Assembly (NCBI GenBank): GCA_964506935.1
Contig: CAZDOD010000001.1
Location: forward strand, 1-46,673
DNA: 46,673 bases
Reading direction: 5' to 3'
Source: an uncultured Thermodesulfobacteriota bacterium
GTDB taxonomy: Bacteria > Desulfobacterota > Zymogenia > Zymogenales > Zymogenaceae
A program made the translations under genes and the position numbers. Numbering within the stretch: position 1 is the stretch's first letter; every line of letters begins with the position of its first letter. Below are positions 1-9,199 of this stretch, piece by piece. The notes under the pieces are model-generated. The model saw only the letters and a program-made list of their open reading frames with translations. It did no database searches and had not been told where the DNA came from.

Positions 1-413
1 GCCCCGGCGAGCTCCACCATCGGTGGGTATGAGACCCAGTAGGGGGACGGGATTATCACCTCGTCTCCCGGCTCAAAGAATGCCATCGACAGGTTAAAAA
101 ACGAGTGTTTCCCGCCGCACGAGACTATGATCTCGGATGGTTTGTATTCGAGGCCGTTGTCTTCGCGAAACTTCTTGATTATGGCCCCCTTGAGTTCGGC
201 TATCCCCCCGACGTCCGTGTATTTTGTCTTCCCATCACGGATCGCCTTTATCCCCGACTCCTTGATCTCCTCCGGGGTATCAAAATCCGGCTCACCCGCC
301 CCGAAACCGATCACATCCTCCCCCTTCGCCTTAAGCTCTTTGGCCTTTGCGGAGATCGCAAGGGTGGCCGAGGGGGCAAGGTTTGTTACCCTCTGGGATA
401 ATTTCTTTTTCAT
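1..413 (-). CDS. aspC: Class I PLP-dependent aminotransferase (aspartate aminotransferase-like). Only the N-terminal part is present; the gene runs off the window start.
   Basis: Absent from the ORF track because there is no stop inside the window. My reverse-complement translation from the ATG at 413..411 gives MKKKLSQRVTNLAPSATLAISAKAKELKAKGEDVIGFGAGEPDFDTPEEIKESGIKAI..., the canonical AspAT N-terminus (GEPDFDTP). The plus ORFs 105..401 and 127..465 are its antisense shadows. Confidence 0.85.
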   Translation of the reverse strand, partial: MKKKLSQRVTNLAPSATLAISAKAKELKAKGEDVIGFGAGEPDFDTPEEIKESGIKAIRDGKTKYTDVGGIAELKGAIIKKFREDNGLEYKPSEIIVSCGGKHSFFNLSMAFFEPGDEVIIPSPYWVSYPPMVELAG

Positions 414-420
414 ATTATTT

Positions 421-927
421 TTACCTTTTACTCTTTTTATAGGCTTCCGGGAATTTCTCTCTTAGCTTTTGGGCCACGTAATCGGTGACCAGGTCTTCGA
501 CCGACCCACCGGCCTGGGCCGAGGCCTTGATGATATTGGAGCTTATATAAAGATACCGATATCCCGTCATGAGAAAGAAGGTCTCGATATTCCTGTTTAA
601 TTTCCTGTTCAATAGTGCGAGCTGGAGCTCCCACTCGAAATCTGATACCGCCCTGAGCCCCCTTATCAGGACGTTTGCCTTGATCTTTTCGGCATAGTCC
701 ACCAAAAGGCCCTCGAAGGAGTCGACCTTCACCCTTTTATTATGATCTTTGAAGGCATTTTCAATCATGTCGATACGCTCTTCTACTGTAAAGAGGGTTT
801 TTTTGTAGGGATTTATACCTACGGCAATGATCACCTTGTCGAAGACCTTCAGGGCCCTCTCTGCTATATCGAGATGGCCCATTGTAATCGGATCGAAAGA
901 ACCCGGTAGAATCGCAAGATTAGGCAT
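421..927 (-). CDS. coaD: Phosphopantetheine adenylyltransferase
   Basis: 'AILPGSFDPITMGHLDIAERA' is the CoaD nucleotidyltransferase signature. The start was moved from GTG 939 to ATG 927 (MPNLAIL...), which is preceded by GAGGTG. Confidence 0.95.
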   Translation of the reverse strand: MPNLAILPGSFDPITMGHLDIAERALKVFDKVIIAVGINPYKKTLFTVEERIDMIENAFKDHNKRVKVDSFEGLLVDYAEKIKANVLIRGLRAVSDFEWELQLALLNRKLNRNIETFFLMTGYRYLYISSNIIKASAQAGGSVEDLVTDYVAQKLREKFPEAYKKSKR

Positions 928-935
928 AATGCACC

Positions 936-1487
936 TCACTCTTTCATGAAAAAGGTTATACCCGTATCACCATACTTTTTTGTTTCGATCATCTTGAGAG
1001 TTCCGTATTGGGGCTTCGGGATTTTTTTTGAGTCATGTTCCCATACGACCATTCCGCCCTTATTTAAAATATCGTATTTTGAGACGGCTGTGAAAATATC
1101 CCATATCTTTGGATAGATGTAAGGGGGATCAATAAAAATAATATCGAATTTTACACCCCTCCTGTGAAGGAGTTTAAGGCCCCTTGGGACATCCAGCTTT
1201 ATCACCTTCGATCTGTCAAAAAGCGACAGCTCCCGGATGTTTTTTTCGAGTATCAGGAGGGTCTTCGGGTCGTTTTCTATAAAAAGCGAAGAGTTGGCGC
1301 CCCTGCTCAAGGCCTCGATCCCGATATTTCCCGTTCCCGAGAAGAGGTCGAGGACATCCGCCCCGATGACTCCTTCGCCGAGAATTGAAAAGAGAGCCTC
1401 CTTGACCCTCGCCCCGGTCGGCCTGACCTTGTGCCCCCTCGGGACGGTGAGCTTCCTCCCCTTGAGATTTCCAGAAATTACCTTCAT
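936..1487 (-). CDS. rsmD: 16S rRNA (guanine966-N2)-methyltransferase
   Basis: 'MKVISGNLKGRKLTVP...VRPTGARVKEALFSIL', 'LDLFSGTGNIGIEALSRGA' and 'FIDPPY' match the RsmD family layout. The coaD neighbourhood is typical. Confidence 0.9.
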   Translation of the reverse strand: MKVISGNLKGRKLTVPRGHKVRPTGARVKEALFSILGEGVIGADVLDLFSGTGNIGIEALSRGANSSLFIENDPKTLLILEKNIRELSLFDRSKVIKLDVPRGLKLLHRRGVKFDIIFIDPPYIYPKIWDIFTAVSKYDILNKGGMVVWEHDSKKIPKPQYGTLKMIETKKYGDTGITFFMKE

Positions 1488-1506
1488 TTTAAAAAATCAA
1501 TTACAA

Positions 1507-2331
1507 TTAAAGCCTCACAGACACCCCTCTCTCACTCAGATATTGTTTGGCCTCTCGGATCGAATGCTCCCTGAAATGGAAGATCGACGCCGCAAGGACG
1601 GCGTCGGCGCCGGCGAGAGAAAATCCCTCATAGAGATGTTCGAGGTTTCCGACGCCCCCCGATGCGATGACGGGGATCGTAAGAATACTTGAGACGGCCC
1701 TCGTCAGCGCAAGATCGTATCCCTCCCTCGTCCCGTCAAAATCCATCGAGGTCAGCATGATCTCCCCCGCCCCCATCTCTTCCATCTTCATAACCCACTC
1801 TAAGGCGTCAATCCCGGTTGCCTCCCTGCCGCCGTGGGTCACCACCTCCCAGGAGAGGTTGCCCTCGCCCTTCTTTCCCGGTATCCTCCTCTCACTCTTC
1901 TTGATGTGCCTTCCCCAGTCATCACCCTTCCTCCTTTTTGCGTCTACCGCAACAACGATGCACTGGGTGCCGAACCTCCTCGACGCCTCCTTTACGAAAT
2001 TAGGGTCTTTTACGGCTGCGGTGTTGATCGAGACCTTGTCGGCGCCCGCCGAAAGCAGCTTTCTGATATCCTCGATCGTCCTCACACCTCCCCCCACGGT
2101 AAGGGGCATGAAGACCTCCTGGGCGGTCCGCCTTACGACATCTATGATGATGTCCCGCTTGTCGGAAGAGGCGGTGATATCCAAAAATGTTAATTCATCG
2201 GCACCTTCCGCGTCATAGAAGGTGGCGTTCTCCACCGGGTCGCCGGCGTCGGTAAGGTCGATGAAATTGACACCCTTTACGACCCGTCCGTCTTTGACGT
2301 CGAGACAGGGTATGATCCTCTTTGTGAGCAT
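1507..2331 (-). CDS. hisF: Imidazole glycerol phosphate synthase, cyclase subunit
   Basis: '[23 protein letters not shown]', '[12 protein letters not shown]' and 'IASGGVG...AASIFHF' are present. The start is taken at Met16 of the track ORF (ATG 2331), matching the HisF consensus N-terminus. The TTG at 2376 would overlap hisA. Confidence 0.93.
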   Translation of the reverse strand: MLTKRIIPCLDVKDGRVVKGVNFIDLTDAGDPVENATFYDAEGADELTFLDITASSDKRDIIIDVVRRTAQEVFMPLTVGGGVRTIEDIRKLLSAGADKVSINTAAVKDPNFVKEASRRFGTQCIVVAVDAKRRKGDDWGRHIKKSERRIPGKKGEGNLSWEVVTHGGREATGIDALEWVMKMEEMGAGEIMLTSMDFDGTREGYDLALTRAVSSILTIPVIASGGVGNLEHLYEGFSLAGADAVLAASIFHFREHSIREAKQYLSERGVSVRL

Positions 2332-2353
2332 GGAAGTTTGTTTTATCCCCTTT

Positions 2354-3094
2354 TTATCTGGTGCCTCTTTTGGCAACCGATATCGCCTCTCCTAGATCGA
2401 GGGTCCCCTCATAGATCGCCCTTCCTACTATGACCCCGATGATCCCGTCACTTTCCGCGTCCATTACTTTTTCGATGTCACCAATATCCTTTACTCCTCC
2501 CGAGGCGATGACCGGTATCCCGGACTCCTTCGCAATCTCTCTTGCGCCGTCGATATCCACACCTGTCCCGACGCCGTCCTTTCTGATGTCAGTGTAGATG
2601 ATAGACGATATCCCGATATTTTCATAGGATCGGGCGAGCTCGACATAAGATAGGTTCGAGCTGTTTTTCCACCCCTTTGTCCTGACGACGCCGTTTTTTG
2701 CGTCGATCCCGAGGATGATCCTCCCCTCATATTTAGTCGCCGCACTGGTAACGAAGTCACGGTCACAGGTCGCGGCGGTTCCGAGGATCACCCATCTCAC
2801 CCCCATCGAGATGTAATCCTCCACAATGTCCATTGACCTTATTCCACCGCCGACCTCAATCGGGATATCTATCTCGTCTACGATCCTCTTTATTTCATCC
2901 CTGTTTACGGGAGATCCCTTGGCGGCGGCGTCGAGGTCGACTATGTGTAGCCTTTCGGCCCCGATCTCTTCCCACCTCTTTGCGGCGTCAAGGGGATCTT
3001 CGAAATATCGGGTCTCCCTAGTAAAATCCCCCTGCGACAACCTGACGGCACTCCCCCCGCGTATATCGATTGCCGGAATGACTACAATTCCCAT
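2354..3094 (-). CDS. hisA: 1-(5-phosphoribosyl)-5-[(5-phosphoribosylamino)methylideneamino]imidazole-4-carboxamide isomerase
   Basis: '[24 protein letters not shown]', 'LHIVDLDAA' and '[12 protein letters not shown]' are present. The 84 upstream codons of the track ORF (Arg/Pro-rich) overlap hisH and are not HisA-like. The start is ATG 3094. Confidence 0.9.
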   Translation of the reverse strand: MGIVVIPAIDIRGGSAVRLSQGDFTRETRYFEDPLDAAKRWEEIGAERLHIVDLDAAAKGSPVNRDEIKRIVDEIDIPIEVGGGIRSMDIVEDYISMGVRWVILGTAATCDRDFVTSAATKYEGRIILGIDAKNGVVRTKGWKNSSNLSYVELARSYENIGISSIIYTDIRKDGVGTGVDIDGAREIAKESGIPVIASGGVKDIGDIEKVMDAESDGIIGVIVGRAIYEGTLDLGEAISVAKRGTR

Positions 3095-3720
3095 TTTTCT
3101 ACCAACTCCCCAAAGTCCTTTAGGATCGAGAGGCCGACGGATTGGCTCTTTTCGGGGTGAAACTGGGTCGCAGAGATGTTTCCCCGCTTTATTGCCGAGA
3201 CAAACTCTATCCCGTAATCGGTCACCCCGGCTATATCCCCATCGTCTTCGGGGACAACGTAATAGGAGTGGACGAAGTAGAAATACTCCCCGTTGGATAC
3301 CGAAGAAAACGGGGGTGAGCTCTCCTTCCATCCGACACTGTTCCACCCCATGTGTGGGACTTTTAGTTTATCTGTCCCCTCAAACTTTTCCCCGGAAAAT
3401 TTTACTACCTTTCCCGGTATCACGCCGAGGCCCTCGTTTCGCCCGAATTCGAAGCTCTCTTCAAACAGGAGCTGAAGCCCGAGACATATCCCGAAGAAGG
3501 GTTTTTTGCTCGAAATGAAATCGAGGACGGGATGGACGAGCTTTTGACTTTCGAGGTTTCTCATGCAGTCACGAAAGGCGCCCACCCCCGGGAGTATCAT
3601 CCCGCGAGCGTCTTTGATAACGGCGGGATCCGAGGTAACACGGACCTCTTGCCCGACCTTGTTTAGGGCGTTCTCCACGCTCCGCAGGTTTCCCATCCCG
3701 TAGTCCACTACCGCGATCAA
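3082..3720 (-). CDS. hisH: Imidazole glycerol phosphate synthase, glutamine amidotransferase subunit
   Basis: 'MIAVVDYGMGNLRSVENAL', 'GICLGLQLL' (catalytic Cys) and 'FYFVHSY...ATQFHPEKS' are present. Confidence 0.95.
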   Translation of the reverse strand: MIAVVDYGMGNLRSVENALNKVGQEVRVTSDPAVIKDARGMILPGVGAFRDCMRNLESQKLVHPVLDFISSKKPFFGICLGLQLLFEESFEFGRNEGLGVIPGKVVKFSGEKFEGTDKLKVPHMGWNSVGWKESSPPFSSVSNGEYFYFVHSYYVVPEDDGDIAGVTDYGIEFVSAIKRGNISATQFHPEKSQSVGLSILKDFGELVEKWEL

Positions 3721-4895
3721 CCTTTGCCCCCGTAGAATTCCTTGATTTTCTCGACAACGTACTGGATCATATCTTCGGTCAGCTCGGAATAGACGGGAAG
3801 CGCAAGTGTGGTCTCGGCGGCCTTTTCGGAGACGGGGAAATCACCCTTTTTGTATCCAAGGTCTATATAGCATTCCTGCAGGTGGAGCGGGACGGGATAA
3901 TATATCTCGGTTCCGATCCCTGCGCCGGAAAGATAGTCGCGAAGCCTATCCCGCTCTTTTGCCCTTATGACAAACTGATTATATATATGATATCTCCCCA
4001 GAGCCTCCGAAGGCGGGACTATGGGCCCGTCGGCCGACGAGAGCCGGTTTTCGGAAAAAAGTCTTTTGTATATCTCGGCGTTTTTCCTCCTCCCCTCGCT
4101 CCATTTATCAAGGTGTCTTAGCTTGACCCGCAAGACGGCTGCCTGAATCGCATCGAGGCGACTATTAATTCCAACGAATTTGTGATAATACTTCGGATTG
4201 CTCCCGTGGTCACGAAGGATCATTAGTTTTTCTTTTAGCGCCTCGTTTTGTGTCGTTACCATCCCGCCGTCTCCGAAGGCGCCGAGGTTCTTGGACGGGA
4301 AGAATGAGAAACACCCCAGATCCCCAAAAGACCCCGCCCTCTCTCCATCATAGGATGCGCCGATCGCCTGGGCGGCGTCCTCGATCATGAAAAAACCAAA
4401 ATCACCTATAAGCTTCTCGATGGGTTTCATATCCGCAGTCTGGCCGAAGAGGTGGACCGGCATCACTGCCTTTACCGTAAGGCCATCCTTTGTTTGATAC
4501 CCATTTTTATTCTTGACGAGACCATTTAGGGTCTCCTCTAATTTTTCGGGATCAATATTGAACGTCACGGGGTCTATATCGCAGAATATCGGGACAGCCC
4601 CCGCCCTCGTCACAGAGCCGGCCGTGGCAAAAAAAGAGAATGGGGAGGTGACCACGGCGTCTCCACTGCCTATGCCGAGCGCCATAAGCGAAATTAGTAT
4701 CGCATCGCTGCCGGAGGCTACTCCAACCGCATATGCCGCACCGACATAGGACGCTATCTCCTCCTCGAGGCTTTTCACCTCCGGGCCCATGATGAAGCGC
4801 TGGGAGGCCATGACCCCGTCGATCGCCTCCCTTATCTTGTCCTCAATAGTGATAAATTGCGCCTTGAGATCCAAGAGCGGGACTTTCATCTCCAT
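3717..4895 (-). CDS. DegT/DnrJ/EryC1/StrS-family PLP-dependent sugar aminotransferase
   Basis: 'VPLLDLKAQF', 'FIMGPEV..LEEE' and 'FSFFPSKNLGAFGDGGMVTT' (Schiff-base Lys) are present. There is a 4-nt overlap with hisH. Confidence 0.9.
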   Translation of the reverse strand: MEMKVPLLDLKAQFITIEDKIREAIDGVMASQRFIMGPEVKSLEEEIASYVGAAYAVGVASGSDAILISLMALGIGSGDAVVTSPFSFFATAGSVTRAGAVPIFCDIDPVTFNIDPEKLEETLNGLVKNKNGYQTKDGLTVKAVMPVHLFGQTADMKPIEKLIGDFGFFMIEDAAQAIGASYDGERAGSFGDLGCFSFFPSKNLGAFGDGGMVTTQNEALKEKLMILRDHGSNPKYYHKFVGINSRLDAIQAAVLRVKLRHLDKWSEGRRKNAEIYKRLFSENRLSSADGPIVPPSEALGRYHIYNQFVIRAKERDRLRDYLSGAGIGTEIYYPVPLHLQECYIDLGYKKGDFPVSEKAAETTLALPVYSELTEDMIQYVVEKIKEFYGGKG

Positions 4896-4898
4896 GTT

Positions 4899-5492
4899 CT
4901 ATCTGCCTTCTTCCAATCTTAATCTATCATCCTCTTTTATATATCTTCTTTTACAGGCGAAACAGATGGTTTCGCCTTCTGCATCGCGAAATTTTATCCT
5001 GACGCCACATGCACACATCCACCCCTTGTGTCTTGCCGGTACCCCCATCACGAGGGAGTAGTCCGAAACGTCATCGGTGACAACACTGCCGGCGGCAACA
5101 AAACATGAGATGCCGAGCGTCACCCCGCATATCACCGTTGCGGTTGCCCCGACCGTGGCACCACGCCCGACCAGTGTCTCCATGAATTGGTCTTTTTTTG
5201 GAAATTCGCTCCTCGGATTGATGACGTTGGTAAAGACCACGGACGGCCCGAGAAAGACATAGTCATCCAATGTCACGCCCTCGTAGACCGAGACGTTGTT
5301 CTGGATCTTCACCCCGTCCCCTATGACAACACCAGGGCCGATATAGACATTCTGGCCGATGTTGCACCCCTTTCCGATCTTCGCCCCCTCCCGGATATGG
5401 GTGAAGTGCCAGACCTTCGTTCCGGGGCCGATTTCGGCACCGTCGTCAACAAAGGCGGACTCGTGAATGAATACCGTCTCTTCTCCCGACAT
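4899..5492 (-). CDS. Left-handed beta-helix sugar N-acetyltransferase (WbpD/WlbB-like), partner of the DegT aminotransferase
   Basis: Hexapeptide repeats run through 'IGPGTKVWHFTHIREGAKIGKGCNIGQNVYIGPGVVIGDGVKIQNNVSVY'. There is a Cys-rich C-terminal tail, 'CACG...CFAC'. Confidence 0.8.
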   Translation of the reverse strand: MSGEETVFIHESAFVDDGAEIGPGTKVWHFTHIREGAKIGKGCNIGQNVYIGPGVVIGDGVKIQNNVSVYEGVTLDDYVFLGPSVVFTNVINPRSEFPKKDQFMETLVGRGATVGATATVICGVTLGISCFVAAGSVVTDDVSDYSLVMGVPARHKGWMCACGVRIKFRDAEGETICFACKRRYIKEDDRLRLEEGR

Positions 5493-5534
5493 ATAAGGCT
5501 CAAATCAAAACAGACTTCAAAGGATCGAGATGCC

Positions 5535-6392
5535 CTATCCTTTTCTACCCCTGAAAATAGAAGGAACACCGAAGGAAATCCAGAATCCTATCAGTGCGTA
5601 TCTGATGAGGTCGGACTCAGGCACTTCGGGCAGAAGCTTCTTGATAAATATCTTTATGGCCAATAAAACAACAACTCCCACTATCAACTTTACGATCTGG
5701 TACCACCATACCGAACGGGGCTCAAAATCTATATACTTCTCTTCGAGGATATATCCTATGGCGAGTCCCACAAAAACCCCCACGACGCGTACTGTGGTGT
5801 CATCTATGTTTATGAAGTAGAGAACTGTTCCGATTGCAAGGACGAAAATGATCTGGGGGATCGCCTTATCGAAGGCCTTTCTGTAGATGATCTTTGCGTC
5901 ATATAGTATGTAGATCCCCAGAATCACGATTCCGATGATCCAGCCGCCCAAGACGTCGATGGGCCAGTGGACTCCAAGGTAGAGACGTGATATCCCGATG
6001 AGGAATACGAGTATCGCCGCCACAATCCACGCCCATGCCTTCCTTATCTGCCATGCACAGGCCCCCCAGAACACGGCTGAATTCTGGGAATGACCGCTCG
6101 GGAAGGAGTAGCCTCCCCCCGATTCGGGATAGAGGACCCTTACAAGATCGGCAGTGGGACGCTCTGTCGCAAAGATCGTCTTTAGAAGGTCATTTATATA
6201 TGCGCTTAGAAGAAAAACCATGCCCAGCTTGAAAGCGAATTTCTTTTCGAAACACCAGTAGAGGATCGGGATCGACAAGAGATAAAAATCCGCGTTCCCG
6301 AGCCAGGTTATTCCCATAAAAAGTTTGTCGAGGATCGGATTCGTCATTCTCTGAATAAACAGTATAATATCAGGACTTGATAGATACTCCAT
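5535..6392 (-). CDS. PAP2-family (type 2 phosphatidic acid/undecaprenyl-PP-like) membrane phosphatase
   Basis: The three PAP2 motifs are present: 'KTIFATERP', 'PSGH' and 'SRLYLGVHWPIDV'. There are multiple hydrophobic helices. Confidence 0.85.
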   Translation of the reverse strand: MEYLSSPDIILFIQRMTNPILDKLFMGITWLGNADFYLLSIPILYWCFEKKFAFKLGMVFLLSAYINDLLKTIFATERPTADLVRVLYPESGGGYSFPSGHSQNSAVFWGACAWQIRKAWAWIVAAILVFLIGISRLYLGVHWPIDVLGGWIIGIVILGIYILYDAKIIYRKAFDKAIPQIIFVLAIGTVLYFINIDDTTVRVVGVFVGLAIGYILEEKYIDFEPRSVWWYQIVKLIVGVVVLLAIKIFIKKLLPEVPESDLIRYALIGFWISFGVPSIFRGRKG

Positions 6393-6426
6393 TTTTATAC
6401 CCCTTTTTTTTGTGAGTTAAGAGTCT

Positions 6427-6455
6427 TATATACTAAATTTTTTCGTGGGAGGCAA
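6427..6455 (-). promoter_or_regulatory. Candidate sigma70 promoter for the PAP2-to-aspC gene string
   Basis: The minus strand reads TTGCCT-N17-TATATA (-35 at 6455..6450, -10 at 6432..6427), about 35 nt upstream of ATG 6392. Confidence 0.35.
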
Positions 6456-6472
6456 TGATTTTTATTGAGGAA

Positions 6473-7393
6473 TTACCATCTTACCCCAAAAAGAGAGGTA
6501 ATGTATTCGAAACTGGCGGAAATCTTGAGCCTCTCGACACCTAAAGACTCCGGGATGGGATTGAATGGTGAGGCAAATTTTATAGCATTTATGGCGGCGT
6601 CGTCTAAAATCTCATAGCCGGATGATTTGATCAGCTTAACGCTGGAAACACTCCCGTTCTCCTCTATGACAAAGACTACGTTTAATCTACCCCCCCAGCT
6701 GTTCCTCTGTGCCTCTGAGGGATAGTTCCATGCCATCTCTATCTGCTTCTTTATGTTGGAAAAGTAAGCGTAGTATTTGAACTCCTGGGTGTTTAAGGAT
6801 ACGGTCTCCTCCTTCTTTATGCCGTCAGATGACGTTCCAAGGGGTTGGTCGAGACGGGCGACATCGGTGCTGTTGGGCATTAGGTCCTCGACCGAGAATC
6901 GTTCCCTTTCGACCTTCGGGCGGGTTTCCTTGGTATAATCCTTTTTAACTCTTGTGTCCAAATAGGTCTCTTCGGGGGCCGTTTCATATTCTTTTGGGGT
7001 TTCAGGCTCGTATGCCGGGGTCCTCGGCTGTGAGGGCATGGAACTTGGATACGCGGGTCTCGAAGCCCCGCCGCCGAGAGACGAGCCCAGGGCAACGCTC
7101 TCTTCCTCAACCTCTCTGTTCTTATCGGAGAGCCTTTTGGTATCTACCTCTTTGTCGGTCTCGTTTTCCTGTGGGAAATCGTTGAACTCATAATTCTTCT
7201 GATCATTTTCGTCCTCGAACTCGACAACGATCGGCTCGTCGGTGGATTTTGTGCTCTTGATGGTGATCAATGAAAAGACAAATAGGAGGGCTACGTGAAA
7301 GACGACTGAAGCTATGAGAAACTGGTCTATTTTGCGTCCCGATCTATGGGACGTGGGGCGAAGTGAGGAAATTTTTCTCTCTTCTGTAAACAT
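6473..7393 (-). CDS. tonB: TonB-family energy transducer
   Basis: It has an N-terminal anchor 'FLIASVVFHVALLFVFSLITI', a Pro/Glu-rich linker, and a C-terminal TonB domain 'GRLNVVFVIEENGSVSSVKLIKSSGYEILDDAAINAIK'. Confidence 0.8.
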   Translation of the reverse strand: MFTEERKISSLRPTSHRSGRKIDQFLIASVVFHVALLFVFSLITIKSTKSTDEPIVVEFEDENDQKNYEFNDFPQENETDKEVDTKRLSDKNREVEEESVALGSSLGGGASRPAYPSSMPSQPRTPAYEPETPKEYETAPEETYLDTRVKKDYTKETRPKVERERFSVEDLMPNSTDVARLDQPLGTSSDGIKKEETVSLNTQEFKYYAYFSNIKKQIEMAWNYPSEAQRNSWGGRLNVVFVIEENGSVSSVKLIKSSGYEILDDAAINAIKFASPFNPIPESLGVERLKISASFEYITSLFGVRW

Positions 7394-7446
7394 CGTGAAA
7401 ATAAACCCAAGGATTGTCCGGGGTCATTAGAAATGACCTTTTTTAC

Positions 7447-7475
7447 ATTTTATGGCAAAAAAAAATTGGTGTCAA
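7447..7475 (-). promoter_or_regulatory. Sigma70 promoter of tonB
   Basis: The minus strand reads TTGACA-ccaatttttttttgcca-TAAAAT (17-nt spacer). Confidence 0.6.
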
Positions 7476-7528
7476 TGGTAAAAAGGGGTCAAGATTTTCG
7501 ATTTTCACAAATGATAGGCTCGTGATCC

Positions 7529-7557
7529 TTGACAATATCGCTATCTTCTCATAAAAT
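7529..7557 (+). promoter_or_regulatory. Sigma70 promoter of the sirtuin/acetyltransferase pair
   Basis: The plus strand reads TTGACA-atatcgctatcttctca-TAAAAT (17-nt spacer), about 32 nt upstream of ATG 7589. Confidence 0.6.
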
Positions 7558-7588
7558 TCTGATGGATCATTTTTGAGGTCTTACGAGG

Positions 7589-8365
7589 ATGCTTAAAAGT
7601 GTGAGGGAGGCCGCGAAGTTGATATTCTTCTCTGGGAGCACACTAGCGCTTACGGGTGCGGGGGTCTCGACCGAGAGCGGCATACCCGACTTCAGGAGCC
7701 CAAAGAGCCTTTTGTGGGAGAGGATCCATTCATATCAATTCATGCCGATCGAGGCCTATGTCGACGGGGACTTCAATTACATCGAGATATTCTACAAATA
7801 CTGGTTCCCGCTGCTACTACCTATGATTTACTCCGAACCCAATATAAATCACTATTTTTTGTTGAGGCTTGAGGCGTGGGGGCTCCTTTCTGATGTTGTA
7901 ACGCAAAACACCGACGGCCTTCACAAAAAGGCCGGGAGCTCGAATGTCTTTGAGATACACGGAAATGTCGGTAGGGGGCGCTGCACCAGGTGTGCAAAAA
8001 AATATCCGATAGAATTCGTCATCGAAGAAATAGAGGCCCTGAATATCCCCCCGGCGTGTAGTGAGTGCGGCGGAATCGTCGGGCCCGATATTGTGTTTGC
8101 CTTTGAGAGGACTCCGGATTATGATGAGGGATTGAAACGTGCGGTCGAGTCCGAAGTCCTCTTGGTCATGGGGTCGTCGCTTCTGGTCGACCACGTAAAG
8201 GAGGTAGTCCTAGGCTGCATCGAGGGGGGAGGAAAGCTCATAATCATCAATTCCCAGCCGACCCCCTTTGACGCCGCCGCCGAGAAGGGGGGAGGGGTGG
8301 TGATAAGGGAGAGGCTCTCTTCGGTCGTGTTTACGCTCTGGGAGCATCTATCGAGATATTTTTGA
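7589..8365 (+). CDS. cobB: NAD-dependent protein deacylase, Sir2 family
   Basis: 'GAGVSTESGIPDFRS', 'TQNTDGLHKKAG', 'EIHGN' (catalytic His) and the zinc module 'CTRC...CSEC' are present. Confidence 0.85.
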   Translation: MLKSVREAAKLIFFSGSTLALTGAGVSTESGIPDFRSPKSLLWERIHSYQFMPIEAYVDGDFNYIEIFYKYWFPLLLPMIYSEPNINHYFLLRLEAWGLLSDVVTQNTDGLHKKAGSSNVFEIHGNVGRGRCTRCAKKYPIEFVIEEIEALNIPPACSECGGIVGPDIVFAFERTPDYDEGLKRAVESEVLLVMGSSLLVDHVKEVVLGCIEGGGKLIIINSQPTPFDAAAEKGGGVVIRERLSSVVFTLWEHLSRYF

Positions 8366-8393
8366 TATTGGGTTATTTTCGGATATCCAAAAA

Positions 8394-9110
8394 ATGGGAA
8401 GAATATCGTCATATCTGTTTACGAAGGATTGCCTGAAATACGACCTCAGGGAGCTTTTGAGGTGGCCCATTGATTTTCTTTTAAATCACATTATCTTCCC
8501 GAGGCGCTCGTGGTATGCGGCGGCCCTGAGGGGGATAATCATTAACATGATTTCGGGGCAGGGCGGCGTATCCTTCGTTTACAAGAACGTCCGCGTTAGT
8601 TCCTACAGGGACTTGAAACTAGGAAAAGACGCCGTAATCGAGGAGGGGGTGGTCATTGACGGCCCGCTCACGATGGGGGAACTCTGTGTCCTCGGCACAA
8701 AGGCCTCGATCGAGGGCCCCGTGACGATGAAATACGGTTCGAGCATGAGGGATGGGTGTGTCGCGATAAAGCATACCACCCTCGAAGAATGGGTGGGTAT
8801 CTCATCCAATGTCCATTTTATTACCTTCACCCACGATATCGGCGACATAACAAGGAGGGTCGGGACGATAAAATACAAGCCGATCCTTGTGAAAGCCGGG
8901 ACGTGGATAGGGACAGACACGACGGTCCTACCCGGCGTCACCATCGGCAAGGGATGCGTCATCGGCGCGAGGTCGCTGGTCACAAAGGACGTACCCGATA
9001 ATTCCCTTGCGTTAGGGGCGCCGGCCAAGGTCATAAGGAAGCTGGGACCAGATGTCGGTGGCGGGCTGCCACCGGAGTATGATAAGGTCTGGCGCTTCGA
9101 GAAGTGGTAG
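8394..9110 (+). CDS. Hexapeptide-repeat (LbH) O-/N-acetyltransferase
   Basis: 'VKAGTWIGTDTTVLPGVTIGKGCVIGARSLVTKDVPDNSLALGAPAKVIRKL' is a typical maltose/colanic-acid-type acetyltransferase C-terminus. Confidence 0.8.
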   Translation: MGRISSYLFTKDCLKYDLRELLRWPIDFLLNHIIFPRRSWYAAALRGIIINMISGQGGVSFVYKNVRVSSYRDLKLGKDAVIEEGVVIDGPLTMGELCVLGTKASIEGPVTMKYGSSMRDGCVAIKHTTLEEWVGISSNVHFITFTHDIGDITRRVGTIKYKPILVKAGTWIGTDTTVLPGVTIGKGCVIGARSLVTKDVPDNSLALGAPAKVIRKLGPDVGGGLPPEYDKVWRFEKW

Positions 9111-9199
9111 GGGGGGTTGTGGGGGAGGGGAGTTTTTTAGAGAGGAAACTATAGATAAGCTATTCTATTCGTATTTAGAGTGGGCTTCTACATTTACGA

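Noticed and set aside
105-465. Plus-strand ORFs 105..401 and 127..465 at the window start
   Set aside because: They lie antisense to an unmistakable aspartate-aminotransferase N-terminus on the minus strand (ATG 413). Their sequences are low-complexity and have no family resemblance.
1852-1935. A charged insertion of about 25 residues in HisF ('[27 protein letters not shown]')
   Set aside because: It falls in a loop that is length-variable among HisF orthologs (E. coli also has an insertion here). The reading frame is intact, so it is not evidence of a pseudogene or a novel domain.
3095-3346. An 84-codon N-terminal extension of the hisA track ORF
   Set aside because: It is Arg/Pro-rich, overlaps the hisH coding region, and precedes a canonical HisA N-terminus ([11 protein letters not shown]) that has its own ATG.
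2826-3518. A 230-aa plus-strand ORF, one of many similar ORFs of 60-190 aa on the strand opposite the long genes (e.g. 1237..1692, 1667..2218, 5187..5666, 9342..9821, 36829..37389, 44736..45266)
   Set aside because: All are fully embedded antisense to genes with strong homology signatures. They are Ser/Arg/Pro-rich shadow frames lacking RBS or promoter support.
6473-7393. tonB without adjacent exbB/exbD as an anomaly
   Set aside because: Unlinked tonB paralogs are common in diderm genomes, so nothing in the sequence suggests anything unusual.
7589-8365. The Sir2-domain protein as a possible anti-phage NADase (Thoeris, DSR or SIR2-HerA type)
   Set aside because: At 258 aa it is the size of a housekeeping CobB. 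It has an intact GAGxSxxSGIPxFR motif, a catalytic His and a CxxC...CxxC zinc module. It has no fused effector or sensor domain and no defence-type neighbours.
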